From positions 1,550,001 to 1,614,000 of the forward strand of contig OZ251224.1 in NCBI GenBank assembly GCA_965240325.2: a stretch of 64,000 nt of DNA, in the 5' to 3' direction. Shown in pieces: positions 35,410 through 45,603 of this stretch. The stretch's first letter is position 1. Each line of letters starts with the position of its first letter. Source of the stretch: Rebecca billardiae RCC1528. Taxonomy: Eukaryota; Protista; Haptophyta. Both the position numbers and the translations under genes were made by a program. The notes beneath the pieces were generated by a model. That model worked only from the letters and a program-made list of their open reading frames with translations, was not told where the DNA came from and made no database searches.

Positions 35410-36905
35410 TCGGACGCGTGCATCAGCGTCACCGCATTGGGCGCGTCTGCCGCCCAGGCCCCTCGCGCGCACACAACCGAGCTGATCGCTGCATCCACCA
35501 CCGCGGCCCGCCGTGGCGCCTTCCCTGCTACTGCAGCCGCACTCGGCGCGGAGTCGAGCGCAGCTGCTGCTGCCTAAGCCGGTCACGCCCCTCGGGCGCG
35601 CACCACCGAGATGCCAGCTGCATCGACCGCCACCGCCCGCCGAAGCATCATCCCTCCCACTGGCGCGGAGTCGAGCGCAGCTGCCAGCTGTGACAGCTAG
35701 CTGCCCCGGCGGGGCGCGGAGCCGCGGACAACGCAGCGCCGGATGGCAGCGGCTCCAGCGCGCTGGGCGAGGCGAGCGACGTCGCCGCGCTCGGTGCATC
35801 CACCACCCAAGCCCCTCGGGCAGGCACCACCGAGCTGCCAGCTGAAGTGATAGCCGCCGCCCGCCGTGGCAACGTCCCTGCTGCTGCCGCCGTACTCGGC
35901 GAGGAGTTGATTGAGCGGCCTGCTGCAGCCCAAGCTGGACGCGGGCGCAGCAGCGCCCGGTGGCAGCGGCTCCAGCGCGCTGAGCGAGGCGAGAGGCGTC
36001 ACCGCGCTCGGCGCGTCCGTGGCCCAGGCCCCTCGGGCCCGCTGCTGCTGCTGCCTGCGGCCGCACGCGGCGTGGAGTCGAGCGCAGAGTCTGCAGCTGC
36101 CCGAACGCTGCAGCAGCATCAAATGGCAGCGGCTCGAGCGTGATAGGGGAGGCGAGGGGCGTCAGCTCGCTCGGCGCGTCCGTCACCCAGGTCCCTCGGG
36201 CAGGCACCACCGAGCTGCCAGCTGCAGCGACTGCCGCCGCCCGCCTTGATACCATCCCTGCTGCTGCCGCCGCACGGGTGCGGAGTCGAGCGCACCTCTT
36301 TCTGCTCCGGCTGGGCGCGGACACCGCAGCGCCGGATGGCAGCGGCTCCAGCGCGCTGGGCGAGGCGAGCAGCGTCACCGCGCTCGGTGCATCCACCGTC
36401 CAGGCCCCTCAGGCGAGAGCCGCCGAGCTGCCAGCTGAAGTGATAGCCGCCGCCCGCCGTGGTACCATCCCTGCTGCTGCCGCCGCACTCGGCGAGGAGT
36501 CGAGCGCAGCTGCTGCAGCCCAAGCTGGACGCGGGCACAGAAGCGTCGGATGACAGCGGCTCCAGCGCGCTGGGCGAGGCGAGCAGCGTCACCGCGCTCG
36601 GTGCATCCACCGTCCAGGCCCCTCAGGCGAGAGCCGCCGAGCTGCCAGCTGAAGTGATAGCCGCCGCCCGCCGTGGTACCATCCCCGCTGCTGCCGCCGC
36701 ACTCGGCGAGGAGTCGAGCGCAGCTGCTGCAGCCCAAGCTGGACGCGGGCACAGCAGCGTCGGATGACAGCGGCTCCAGCGTGCTGGGCGAGGTGAGCAG
36801 CGTCACCGCGCTCGGTGCGCCCGGCGCCCAGGCCCCACTGGCGCGCAACTTTGAGCTGCGAGCTGCTGCGCCCGCCGTCGCCCGCCGTGGTGCCATCCCT
36901 GCAGC
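35410..36905 (-). repeat. 214-bp-family satellite in CACTA right arm (inverted)
   Basis: Reverse complement of the left-arm array. Confidence 0.85.
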
Positions 36906-37529
36906 CGTGCGGCCGCATCAGCAGCGTGGAGTTGAGTGCCGCCGCTGTTGGCGCGGGTGCTTGAAGCAGCACCGGATGGTTGGTCCTGCACGTCTGAGCA
37001 CAGTCATGCACCAACTGCTCTCCTGGATGCGTTGAGATACCAGGGCTCACCATCCGTGATCCGTGCTCAGCCTCTCAGCCTCGCTGAGTAGAGGACAGCA
37101 CCTCGCCCGCTCGCAGAAATGCGGCGGTGCCGTCTCCTAATGCTGTCCGACAGCAAGTAGAGGACAGCATGATGCCAGCGCCAGCGGGCACCGCCGATGC
37201 GTGTTCGGTGCCGGTGAGTGTTTGCCGCAGCTCGGCCGTCACTGCATGGTGAGCGAGGATGAGATGAGTGACAGCACTGTTCACTGCAGTGAGCAAGGGT
37301 GATGTGCACCGGTGTGGAGGCATGTACAAACGTACCGTACCGGCAGCCCCTGCTGCTTGCCCCTTCCTTCTCGACCTTGATCGCTTCCTCAACGCGCTGC
37401 TCCCACGCATGAGCTCTGCGACGCCGTCGGCCCTGCCCACCGGCGGCCCACAGGCGGTGACGCCCCGCCTGGGCTGTGCAGAACAGCTGCCCCATGCTGA
37501 GCCCAGCCCCAATTGCAGCAAACCGCAAG

Positions 37530-39673
37530 CCGAGGCTCCGCCAGCGGAGCTCGGTTCGAGTCGAATAGATCAGCGAGCTCGGCCAGCGGAGGTTGAGTGT
37601 CAATATGGATATGATTACGGTTATTTACGATTCGCATTACTCCAATATGACATACGGCGCCACCAAAGCTCCGCCAGCGGAGCTCAATTCAAGTCAAGTG
37701 GGTCATTAATAATGACATTCGGCGCAGCCGAGGCTCCGCCAGCGGAGCTCAGTTCGAGTCGAATAGATCAGCGAGCTCGGCCAGCGGAGGTTGAGTGTCA
37801 ATATGGATATGATTACGGTTATTTACGATTCGCATTACTCCAATATGACATACGGCGCCACCAAAGCTCCGCGCCAGCGGAGCTCAGTTCAAGTCAAGTG
37901 GGTCGTCAACAATAACATTCGGCGCAGCCGAGGCTCCGCCAGTGGAGCTCAGTTCACTAGTCAAGTGGGTCATTAATAATATGACATTCGGCGCAGTCGA
38001 GGCTCCGCCAGCGGAGCTCAGTTCAAGTCAAATAGGTCTGCGAGCTCCGCCAGCGGAGGTTGAGCGTGGATACTGTCATATGGATTCTGATGACGGTTGA
38101 AGGCTACGCATCACTCCGATATGACAATCATACGGTGCCACCAAAGCTCCGCCAGCGGAGCTCAGTTCAAGTCAGGTGGGTCGTCAACAATAACATTCGG
38201 CGCAGCCGAGGCTCCGCCAGTGGAGCTCTGTTCACTAGTCAAGTGGGTCATTATTAATAATGACATTCGGCGCAGCCGAGGCTCCGCCAGCGGAGCTCAG
38301 TTCGAGTCGAATAGGCCAGTGGGCTCCGCCAGCGGAGGTTACGTGTGAATATGGATGATGATTACGGTTAACGGCTTCGCATTACTCCAATATGACATAC
38401 GGCGCCACCAAAGCTCCGCCAGCGGAGCTCAGTTCAAGTCAAGTGGGTCGTCAACAATAACATTCGGCGCAGCCGAGGCTCCGCCAGTGGAGCTCTGTTC
38501 ACTAGTCAAGTGGGTCATTATTAATAATGACATTCGGCGCAGCCGAGGCTCCGCCAGCGGAGCTCAGTTCGAGTCGAATAGGCCAGTGGGCTCCGCCAGC
38601 GGAGGTTACGTGTGAATATGGATGATGATTACGGTTAACGGCTTCGCATTACTCCAATATGACATACGGCGCCACCAAAGCTCCGCGCCAGCGGAGCTCA
38701 GTTCAAGTCAAGTGGGTCGTCAACAATAACATTCGGCGCAGCCGAGGCTCCGCCAGTGGAGCTCTGTTCACTAGTCAAGTGGGTCATTAATAATCACATT
38801 CGGCGCAGCCGAGGCTCCGCCAGCGGAGCTCTGTTCAAGTCGAATAGGCCAATGGGCTCCGCCAGCGGAGGTTAGGTGTGAATATGGATGATGATTACGG
38901 TTAACGGCTTCGCATTACTCCAATATATGACATACGGCGCCACCAATTAGCTCCGCCAGCGGAGCTCAGTTCAAGTCAAGTGGGTCGTCAACAATAACAT
39001 TCGGCGCAGCCGAGGCTCCGCCAGTGGAGCTCAGTCCACTAGCTAAGTGGGTCATTAATAATAATGAAATTCGGCGCAGCCGAGGCTCCGCCAGCGGAGC
39101 TTAGTTCAAGTTCAATAGGTCTGCGAGCTCCGCCAGCGGAAGTTACGTAGTGCCAATATGGATGATGATTACGGTTAACGGCTTCGCATTACTCCAATAT
39201 GACATACGGCGCCACCAAAGCTCCGCCAGCGGAGCTCAGTTCAAGTCAAGTGGGTCGTCAACAATAACATTCGGCGCAGCCGAGGCTCCGCCAGTGGAGC
39301 TCTGTTCACTAGTCAAGTGGGTCATTAATAATGACATTCGGCTCAGTCGAGGCTCCGCCAGCGGAGCTCAGTTCAAGTCAAATAGGTCTGCGAGCTCCGC
39401 CAGCGGAGGTTGAGTGTGGATACTGTCATATGGATTCTGATGACGGTTGACGGCTACGCATCACTCCAATATGACATGCTCCGCCACCAAAGCTCCGCCA
39501 GCGGAGCTCAGCTCAAGTCAAGTCAGTCATCAATAATGACATTGGCCTAGCCGAGGCTCTACCAGCGGAGCATTCGTGGAACGCCCATGCTCCGCCAGCG
39601 GGGATTTTTCGTGGCCACAAAAATCTCCGCCTGCGGAGGGTCTGGGTCTCCCACGATGCTCCGCCAGCGGAGA
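37530..39673 (-). repeat. CACTA right subterminal array (CTCCGCCAGCGGAG)
   Basis: Reverse complement of the left array, with a different unit number and order. Confidence 0.92.
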
Positions 39674-39945
39674 CTTTTTGTAGTGACTGCCCTGCACTCA
39701 CACTGATGCGTACTTTGAATTTAATAGTGATGATATTAATGATATTATGGACGACTACTACAGGCTCCAGAGGGCCGCGCGGCCGCTCTGACAGCTGCTG
39801 CTGCTGGTTACGTTCGAGAGGGTGCGACGTGATGACATCATCACCGCGTGCAGCCGTGCTGCGGACCCATGGCCATGGCAAGGCGTGTGCGTGACTCAAT
39901 ATTTGAGTCAATACATCATGTCGAGCGTGCTGATGAATCTGATGA

Positions 39946-41472
39946 TTAGACCTCCACTTTCGTGTTCTCGTACACGCCAGCCGGCACCTTCTTCTTGCCC
40001 GCCGACGACGCAACAATCGTCACGTCACCAATGATGGTGACGCCGGCCTCGAACTCCACCTCGCCCTGCAGCAGCCGACCGCGGTGGGCCGCGGGGGCGG
40101 GGGGTAATTCGGGGAGGGGGAGGGGGTGAGCGACAACGCTTCGCTCCGCTCGTGGCGTTCCTGCGCCCGGGCGAGCGAGCGGCGCCGCGTGCGGCGCGTG
40201 GCATACCTCGACAACAAGCTTGTTGCACTTGATCAGCGACGGCACTGCGCCAAGCGTGTCCATCGCGTCGACAAACTTGTACCGGCCGTCGAGCTTGATG
40301 TTGGGGGGGATGCCGTTGCGCTCCGGCGCGAGCTCGATGCGGTGATCGGGAGTGAGCACGTACGCGTCGGAGCGCAGCGCAAGCAGGTCGTTGGTCGTCT
40401 TCACCGGCGCGAAGCGCGAGCGCGGGATGCACACCGCGATCGCCCCCTCGAAGCACGAGATGGCCGAGCCCATGGCCGTCTCGAGCTGAAGCACCTTGGC
40501 GCTCGCCTTGTCGCGCGGGTCGACGGTCTTGCCGTTCTTGATGACGGGCAGGGGCAGCGCGCCGCTGTGCTTGTCGAACGCCGCCTTGAGCGCGGGCAGG
40601 TTCACCCACAGGTTGTTCGTGTTGAAGAACTTGTACTTGCCCACGTTCTGGAACTCCTTCTCGTCCTCGTCCGGGCACTGCGCCGACTCGCGCAGCAGCA
40701 GCGAGCCCGTCTTCGCGTCGCGCGCGAGGTGGCCGCCCTTCTTGTCGGCGTCGGTGCGCTCGGCCACCTCCATCATGAACGGCGCGCCGCTCTTCACGAA
40801 GTGCGTGAGCAGCGTGAGGTCCATCGTCGCGCCCAGGTTGTCCGAGTTGGACACGAACATGTACTTGAAGCCCTTGGCGAGCAGCTTGTCGAGCGTGCCG
40901 CTCCCGACCATCGCCGGGTACAGGTCGCCGTGGCCCGGCGGGCAGTACTCGTGCGAGGGGTCCTTGGGCCACGACGCCGGCTTCATATCCGCCGCGTTCA
41001 CCTTCGGCGCCTTGTTCTGCACGAACTCGAGGTCCTCGCCCGTGCCGAGCGCCGGGTACTTGGAGAGGTACGCGAGCGTGTCCGCCGAGGTCGAGAACGA
41101 GTTCATCAGCATGAAGGCGAGGTTCGCCTTGAACTCCTCGCGCATCGAGCCCACCTGCATGGCGATGAGGTCGAGGAAGGTCGCCTCGCCCTTCACGGGC
41201 AGCAGCGACTTGGCCTTATCCAGCCCCATGCCTGTGCCCAGGCCGCCGTTCAGCTTCACCATCACTGTCGACTGCAGCAGCGATGGGTCGGGCTTCACGC
41301 CGATCGACTTGAGGTCGGGCAGGGAGTCGACGGGCGCGATCGACGACTCGGGGATCATTGTGCTCGCACCCGACATCAGCACGCCGAGGTTGTACTTGAA
41401 GGCCGCGATCGCGGAGTCATTGAGACCCTCCGCCTTCATCTTCTTCTCGTACTCAGGCCACAGCTCCTCCAT
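39946..41472 (-). CDS. UGP: UTP--glucose-1-phosphate uridylyltransferase (exons 41472-40207, 40065-39946)
   Basis: KLNGGLGTGMGL.KAKS, LMNSFST, CPPGHGD, FVSNSDNLGA, KKGGHL, FNTNNLW, QLETAMG and RFAPVKT motifs; in-frame 141-bp GT-AG intron at 40206-40066. Confidence 0.95.
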   Translation of the reverse strand: MEELWPEYEKKMKAEGLNDSAIAAFKYNLGVLMSGASTMIPESSIAPVDSLPDLKSIGVKPDPSLLQSTVMVKLNGGLGTGMGLDKAKSLLPVKGEATFLDLIAMQVGSMREEFKANLAFMLMNSFSTSADTLAYLSKYPALGTGEDLEFVQNKAPKVNAADMKPASWPKDPSHEYCPPGHGDLYPAMVGSGTLDKLLAKGFKYMFVSNSDNLGATMDLTLLTHFVKSGAPFMMEVAERTDADKKGGHLARDAKTGSLLLRESAQCPDEDEKEFQNVGKYKFFNTNNLWVNLPALKAAFDKHSGALPLPVIKNGKTVDPRDKASAKVLQLETAMGSAISCFEGAIAVCIPRSRFAPVKTTNDLLALRSDAYVLTPDHRIELAPERNGIPPNIKLDGRYKFVDAMDTLGAVPSLIKCNKLVVEVCHAPHAAPLARPGAGTPRAERSVVAHPLPLPELPPAPAAHRGRLLQGEVEFEAGVTIIGDVTIVASSAGKKKVPAGVYENTKVEV

Positions 41473-41796
41473 TGCGCTGATTCGTCTGCGACGGAGCGCG
41501 GGGGGCGCAGCGGAGGCGCGCGCGCCGGAGACGTGGGCGCCGGCGCGCGGGCGCGCACGCGTTGCGGCCTCGCCATGCGCGGGCGCGCGCGCGTGCACGC
41601 ACAGATACCCCGAGCGGCGGAGGCGGTAAGATCCGGGCGTAATCTACTTGGCGAGATCTCCAGATCGCGCGGCCGATGCCGCAGCTCAGACTGGGCAACG
41701 ACCGATCCGCACCGCGCGAGCTCGTTCGTGAGCAGGTCTGGAGAAATCACCGGACGAAGTTTCCGAAGCCCGCCCTGCGGCAGGTCCGGACTCGTA

Positions 41797-43341
41797 ATGA
41801 AACATTCACGATGGCGCGCGACCGCCTTCGGGCTGCTCGTGACGGGGGCGGGCGCCCTGGACAACGGCCTCGCGCTCTCGCCGCAGATGGGCTACAACAC
41901 GTGGAACGATTTCCGCTGCGACGGTCTCACCTCCGAGCGCGTGAAGAGCATCGCCGACCGCATGGTGGACTCGGGCCTGCTGAGCGCCGGGTATCACTAC
42001 CTCAACATTGACGACTGCTGGTCGCGCGAGCTCTCTGCAGAGGGGCGGCTCATCGCGGATCCCGACGCGTTCCCCGAGGGGATCGAAGCCTTGATCGACT
42101 ATGTGCACTCCCGTGGCCTCCTCTTCGGCATCTACACGTGCCGCGGCGTGCGCACGTGTGCATTCCGGCCGGGCTCCAAGAATCTCGAGCGGCTTCACGC
42201 GCGCCAGTTCGCCGAGTGGGGCGTCGACTACGTGAAGGAGGACAGCTGCTGGGCCTCTGGCAAGCACGAACGCGCCTTCGCCGAGTACGCGCGCATGCGC
42301 GACGCGCTCAACGGGACGGGCAGGCAGATCTTCTTCTCGCTGTGCGGCTGGAACGCGTGGTACGCGCCGCAAGGGCAGCGGCTGGGCAACTCGTGGCGGA
42401 TCGCGCCGGACTGCGACGAGTGGGCCAACGTGTACGTCGCCATCCGCACGAACGAGCGCCTCGCCCGCTTCGCCGGGCCGGGTGGGTGGAACGACCCCGA
42501 CATGCTCGTCGGCTCCAACCCGGCCGCCGCGGCGCACCTGACGCCCCAGCAGGTGCAGTCGCAGTTCTCGATGTGGGCGGTGATGGCGTCCCCGCTCCTG
42601 ATCGGCTCGGCGCTGCTGCGGATGCCCGAGAGCGACCGCGAGACGTACGTGAACCCCGAGGTGATCGCCATCAACCAGGACCCGCTCGGCACTCAGGGCG
42701 AGCCGCTGCGGTCCAACTGCCCGCCGTTTGTGACGCGCGACAACTTTTGGATGGCGCCGTGGACGATGCCGCCTGACGTGGCGCAAGCGTGGACGCTCGC
42801 GCTGTGCACGCTGCTCGCCGTGGCCGCCGTCTCGCTGCCCCTGCTCGGTGGCTCCCTCCGCCAGCGCGCGCGGCGGCCGCATGGGCGTGGCGCAGCGTAC
42901 ACTGGCGTTGCGGACAGCCCGGCGGCGGCCCCGCCCCAGCCGAGACACGTCGTGTGCGGCAGCGTGCCGAGGGGGTGCGTGCTGCTGCTCGTGCTGCTGC
43001 TCGTCCTCGTCTCGATCCCGGCGGCAGGGATGCTCGCCGCGATCCACATCATGAAGCCACGGGTCGACCCATGCCAGCAGGTGTGGGCGCGGCCGCTCAG
43101 CGGCGGCGCGCACGCTCTGTGCTTCATCAACTTCGCGCCCGAGGCCGCCGTCATCACGTGCGACCATGCGTGCATGGCCCAAATCGGCATGCAGCGCGGT
43201 GCGCACGCGCGCGATGTTGTCGCGCACGTGGACATGGGCGAGCGTGCGGAGTTTGCGCTGACGATTCCCGGTGACGGGGGCTCCATGTTGCTCCGTCTCG
43301 TCCCCGTCGCTGGCGGGAGTGACAGCCAGAATGTTAACTGA
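41797..43341 (+). CDS. GH27 alpha-galactosidase-like enzyme with signal peptide and internal two-helix hydrophobic insertion
   Basis: LDNGLALSPQMGYNTWN, NIDDCW, WGVDYVKEDSC, NSWRIAPD, GWNDPDML, INQDPLG and QVWARPL motifs. Confidence 0.92.
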   Translation: MKHSRWRATAFGLLVTGAGALDNGLALSPQMGYNTWNDFRCDGLTSERVKSIADRMVDSGLLSAGYHYLNIDDCWSRELSAEGRLIADPDAFPEGIEALIDYVHSRGLLFGIYTCRGVRTCAFRPGSKNLERLHARQFAEWGVDYVKEDSCWASGKHERAFAEYARMRDALNGTGRQIFFSLCGWNAWYAPQGQRLGNSWRIAPDCDEWANVYVAIRTNERLARFAGPGGWNDPDMLVGSNPAAAAHLTPQQVQSQFSMWAVMASPLLIGSALLRMPESDRETYVNPEVIAINQDPLGTQGEPLRSNCPPFVTRDNFWMAPWTMPPDVAQAWTLALCTLLAVAAVSLPLLGGSLRQRARRPHGRGAAYTGVADSPAAAPPQPRHVVCGSVPRGCVLLLVLLLVLVSIPAAGMLAAIHIMKPRVDPCQQVWARPLSGGAHALCFINFAPEAAVITCDHACMAQIGMQRGAHARDVVAHVDMGERAEFALTIPGDGGSMLLRLVPVAGGSDSQNVN

Positions 43342-43443
43342 GATGCCGCGTAACTTCCGATTCCCGGCCCGACGGCGTCGGCAAGTGGTGCGCACCGCTG
43401 CTGCTGTCGATGAACTGCTACGGCTGTGACGCCAGACGACTGC

Positions 43444-43646
43444 TACAGTTTACTAAGAATAAGAGACGCACACAGCTCAGGCAGGCGAGATACAGTAGTT
43501 TACCATGTTTTATATATAGCGTGCACCGACTTGCTAAGCAGTGGTTACTACTAAGTACTCCCGCGAAACTAGTAGGCTAAGTAGGCGTGATTGACGCCAT
43601 CGGCAGGCACTGCACAAAGACACCGCCAGCACAAAATAGACCGGCG
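43444..43646 (-). repeat. Two tandem GTAAACTGTA-ending elements
   Basis: 43444-43490 matches 1721-1767; 43491-43646 is homologous to 57047-57140. Confidence 0.75.
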
Positions 43647-43956
43647 CAGGCAGGTGAGGGGCGCGTTGCCGCACCTCATCGAGGCGGCCATTGCAGCAAG
43701 CGGCCGCCCCGCGCTCGGAGGCACGCGCTCGAGAGCGCGCTCTGACACCACACGGGGAGGGTGCTGCACCTGGACAGTAAATGAGTAATTGATGGCGTCG
43801 TCAGCTTCCGCATCGCGCGAGTTTTTTTCCCAAAAAGAATAACTTCTTTATCGGTGGCCGACGAGGCGACGACAGGAACGACGGCCGTTGATCGGGCAGT
43901 TCGCACAGCATGGCCGCAGCGGAGCTGCGCCCCATCACCGCTCGATCGTCGCATTG

Positions 43957-45282
43957 ATGCAGCTGACACGCTGGCGCTCTGCGAGCGTGGCTGTGGCCGC
44001 GTTCGTGCTTGCAGCCACGCTCGCCATCGTGGCAGTCTCCTTCGGCCAGCGCATGGCCAGCGCGCCAAGGGAGCCAGCAATGGACGAGGACACGAGCGCG
44101 GATGGTACCGACCCAGAGGACTCGGCCGACGCGCGCTTCTACGAGGCCATGCTCGCTGTCGACCGCGCGTTCATGGAGACGACCCCGCGCTTGAATGCAA
44201 CGGCCATCGCCCCCGCCGCAACGAGCACGCCCGAGGGAACCCGTCAGTACGCCGTGCACGAGAAGGTCACGCGCGTGCAGCCAGAGCGGCCGCAGCTCGA
44301 GGCGTCGCAGATCCAATTCATCGTGATGTCGAGCAAGAAGCTGCGCTTCAAGGCGCACATGGCGCACCGCACGTGGTGCAGCGTGGCTGGCGTGCGCTGC
44401 CTGTTCGTGGTGGACAACTACTTCGGCGACGGCCGAGGCAACAACCTCGAGCCCATGTTCAAGGTGCCAAGGGTGCGGATGGACACGTCGCGCTGCTGCA
44501 AGGGCGGGAGTGGAAGGGGATTCTTCTGTGGTGCACACCGGCAGGAGACGCTGCCAGCGCAGTACCGCTTCTTGCCCGCGCTCAATCACGCCAAGCAGCT
44601 TGACCACGTGCGTGGCGGTCAGGTAAAGTGGATGGTGATCGTCGACGACGACTCGTTTGTGTTCGTGCCCAACCTGCTCCGGCTGCTCGGCTCGTTCGAC
44701 CCGTCGGTGCCGTACTACTTTGGAGACTTCCACCCGGGGCGCGAGGTGGTGTGTGGCGGCGGCGGCTCGGTCTTCTCGATCGCCGCCGTGAATACGATGG
44801 ACGTCGGCCGGTGCATATCGGCCATGCACCGCACGTGCATGCAGTCCGACTGGATGCTCGGTGAGTGCGCCCGCCGTGCAAAGGTGCAGTTCGTGAAGCA
44901 CCTCAGCTGCTGGACATGTGCTGCCGGCGCGCGCAAGTGGTACAGCAAGATCGAGAACGCTCTCGGCTCGTGCTACTTCATGCAAGAGGTCGATCCGTTC
45001 TTGGACAAGCTGCCCCTCGGTGGTCCGACGCCTGCCATCATCCACGGCATCGACGCCAACATCCTCGCAGAAACCTTCCATCGGCTGCATCAGTACAACG
45101 CGCCGCAGCAGGCACCGGCTCAGCCGGCGCGCCGACGCTTACGCGAGCCCTCCACACGCGACGGCGACATGCGCCCAACGGCTGCCGCGGTACTGCGCGC
45201 GGGTGGCAATGCGTCGCGCCCCGCGGCACTTGACGAGACCGGCGAGTCGGACTCGGATCGCCGTGCGCTTCGCCCAAGATGA
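43957..45282 (+). CDS. Fringe-like / GT31 glycosyltransferase, type II membrane
   Basis: N-terminal TM segment; KWMVIVDDDSFVFVPNLLRLL..FDP..PYYFG, GGGGSVFS and SDWMLG motifs. Confidence 0.85.
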   Translation: MQLTRWRSASVAVAAFVLAATLAIVAVSFGQRMASAPREPAMDEDTSADGTDPEDSADARFYEAMLAVDRAFMETTPRLNATAIAPAATSTPEGTRQYAVHEKVTRVQPERPQLEASQIQFIVMSSKKLRFKAHMAHRTWCSVAGVRCLFVVDNYFGDGRGNNLEPMFKVPRVRMDTSRCCKGGSGRGFFCGAHRQETLPAQYRFLPALNHAKQLDHVRGGQVKWMVIVDDDSFVFVPNLLRLLGSFDPSVPYYFGDFHPGREVVCGGGGSVFSIAAVNTMDVGRCISAMHRTCMQSDWMLGECARRAKVQFVKHLSCWTCAAGARKWYSKIENALGSCYFMQEVDPFLDKLPLGGPTPAIIHGIDANILAETFHRLHQYNAPQQAPAQPARRRLREPSTRDGDMRPTAAAVLRAGGNASRPAALDETGESDSDRRALRPR

Positions 45283-45485
45283 CAGCATCGCCATCGAGAG
45301 CTCGACAGCAACCATGAGTATGGGGCCCATCGGAACGCGAATACGACGATGACACTTCGCACTTGACGGTCGCATGGACCATCCATGGTAGACCTGCTTC
45401 GGAGACTGAGTGCTGACTGCTGCAGCCATCGGCTGACTCAGGACAGCCAGGAGACGCAGAATGAACAACACTACAAATAAGTCTA

Positions 45486-45603
<118 letters not shown>

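Larger units (their letters stand above)
30718..39685. mobile_element. Giant palindromic non-autonomous CACTA (EnSpm) element
   Basis: Termini CACTACAAAAAGTCTCCGCTGGCGGAGCATC...GATGCTCCGCCAGCGGAGACTTTTTGTAGTG; long subterminal repeat arrays; arms inverted over several kb. Flanks are AGT/ACT (imperfect 3-bp TSD). No transposase ORF. Confidence 0.88.

Noticed and set aside
30730-39673. CRISPR-like appearance: palindromic repeat with intervening spacers
   Set aside because: The spacers recur in higher-order units, the arrays are mirror-imaged inside CACTA termini, there are no cas genes and the context is eukaryotic.
21745-39685. Palindromes as sequencing foldback artefacts
   Set aside because: The arms differ in unit number and sequence, the ends coincide with TIR motifs, and a TSD plus an empty paralogous site exist. 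Read-level confirmation is still desirable.
30715-39688. Polinton/Maverick interpretation (AGT...ACT ends, long TIRs)
   Set aside because: No 6-bp TSD and no polymerase/integrase/capsid ORFs; the CACTA terminus with subterminal repeats fits better.
40126-41796. Apparent 1071-aa ORF extending alpha-galactosidase upstream
   Set aside because: The upstream part is the antisense of UGPase; the signal peptide starts at 41797.
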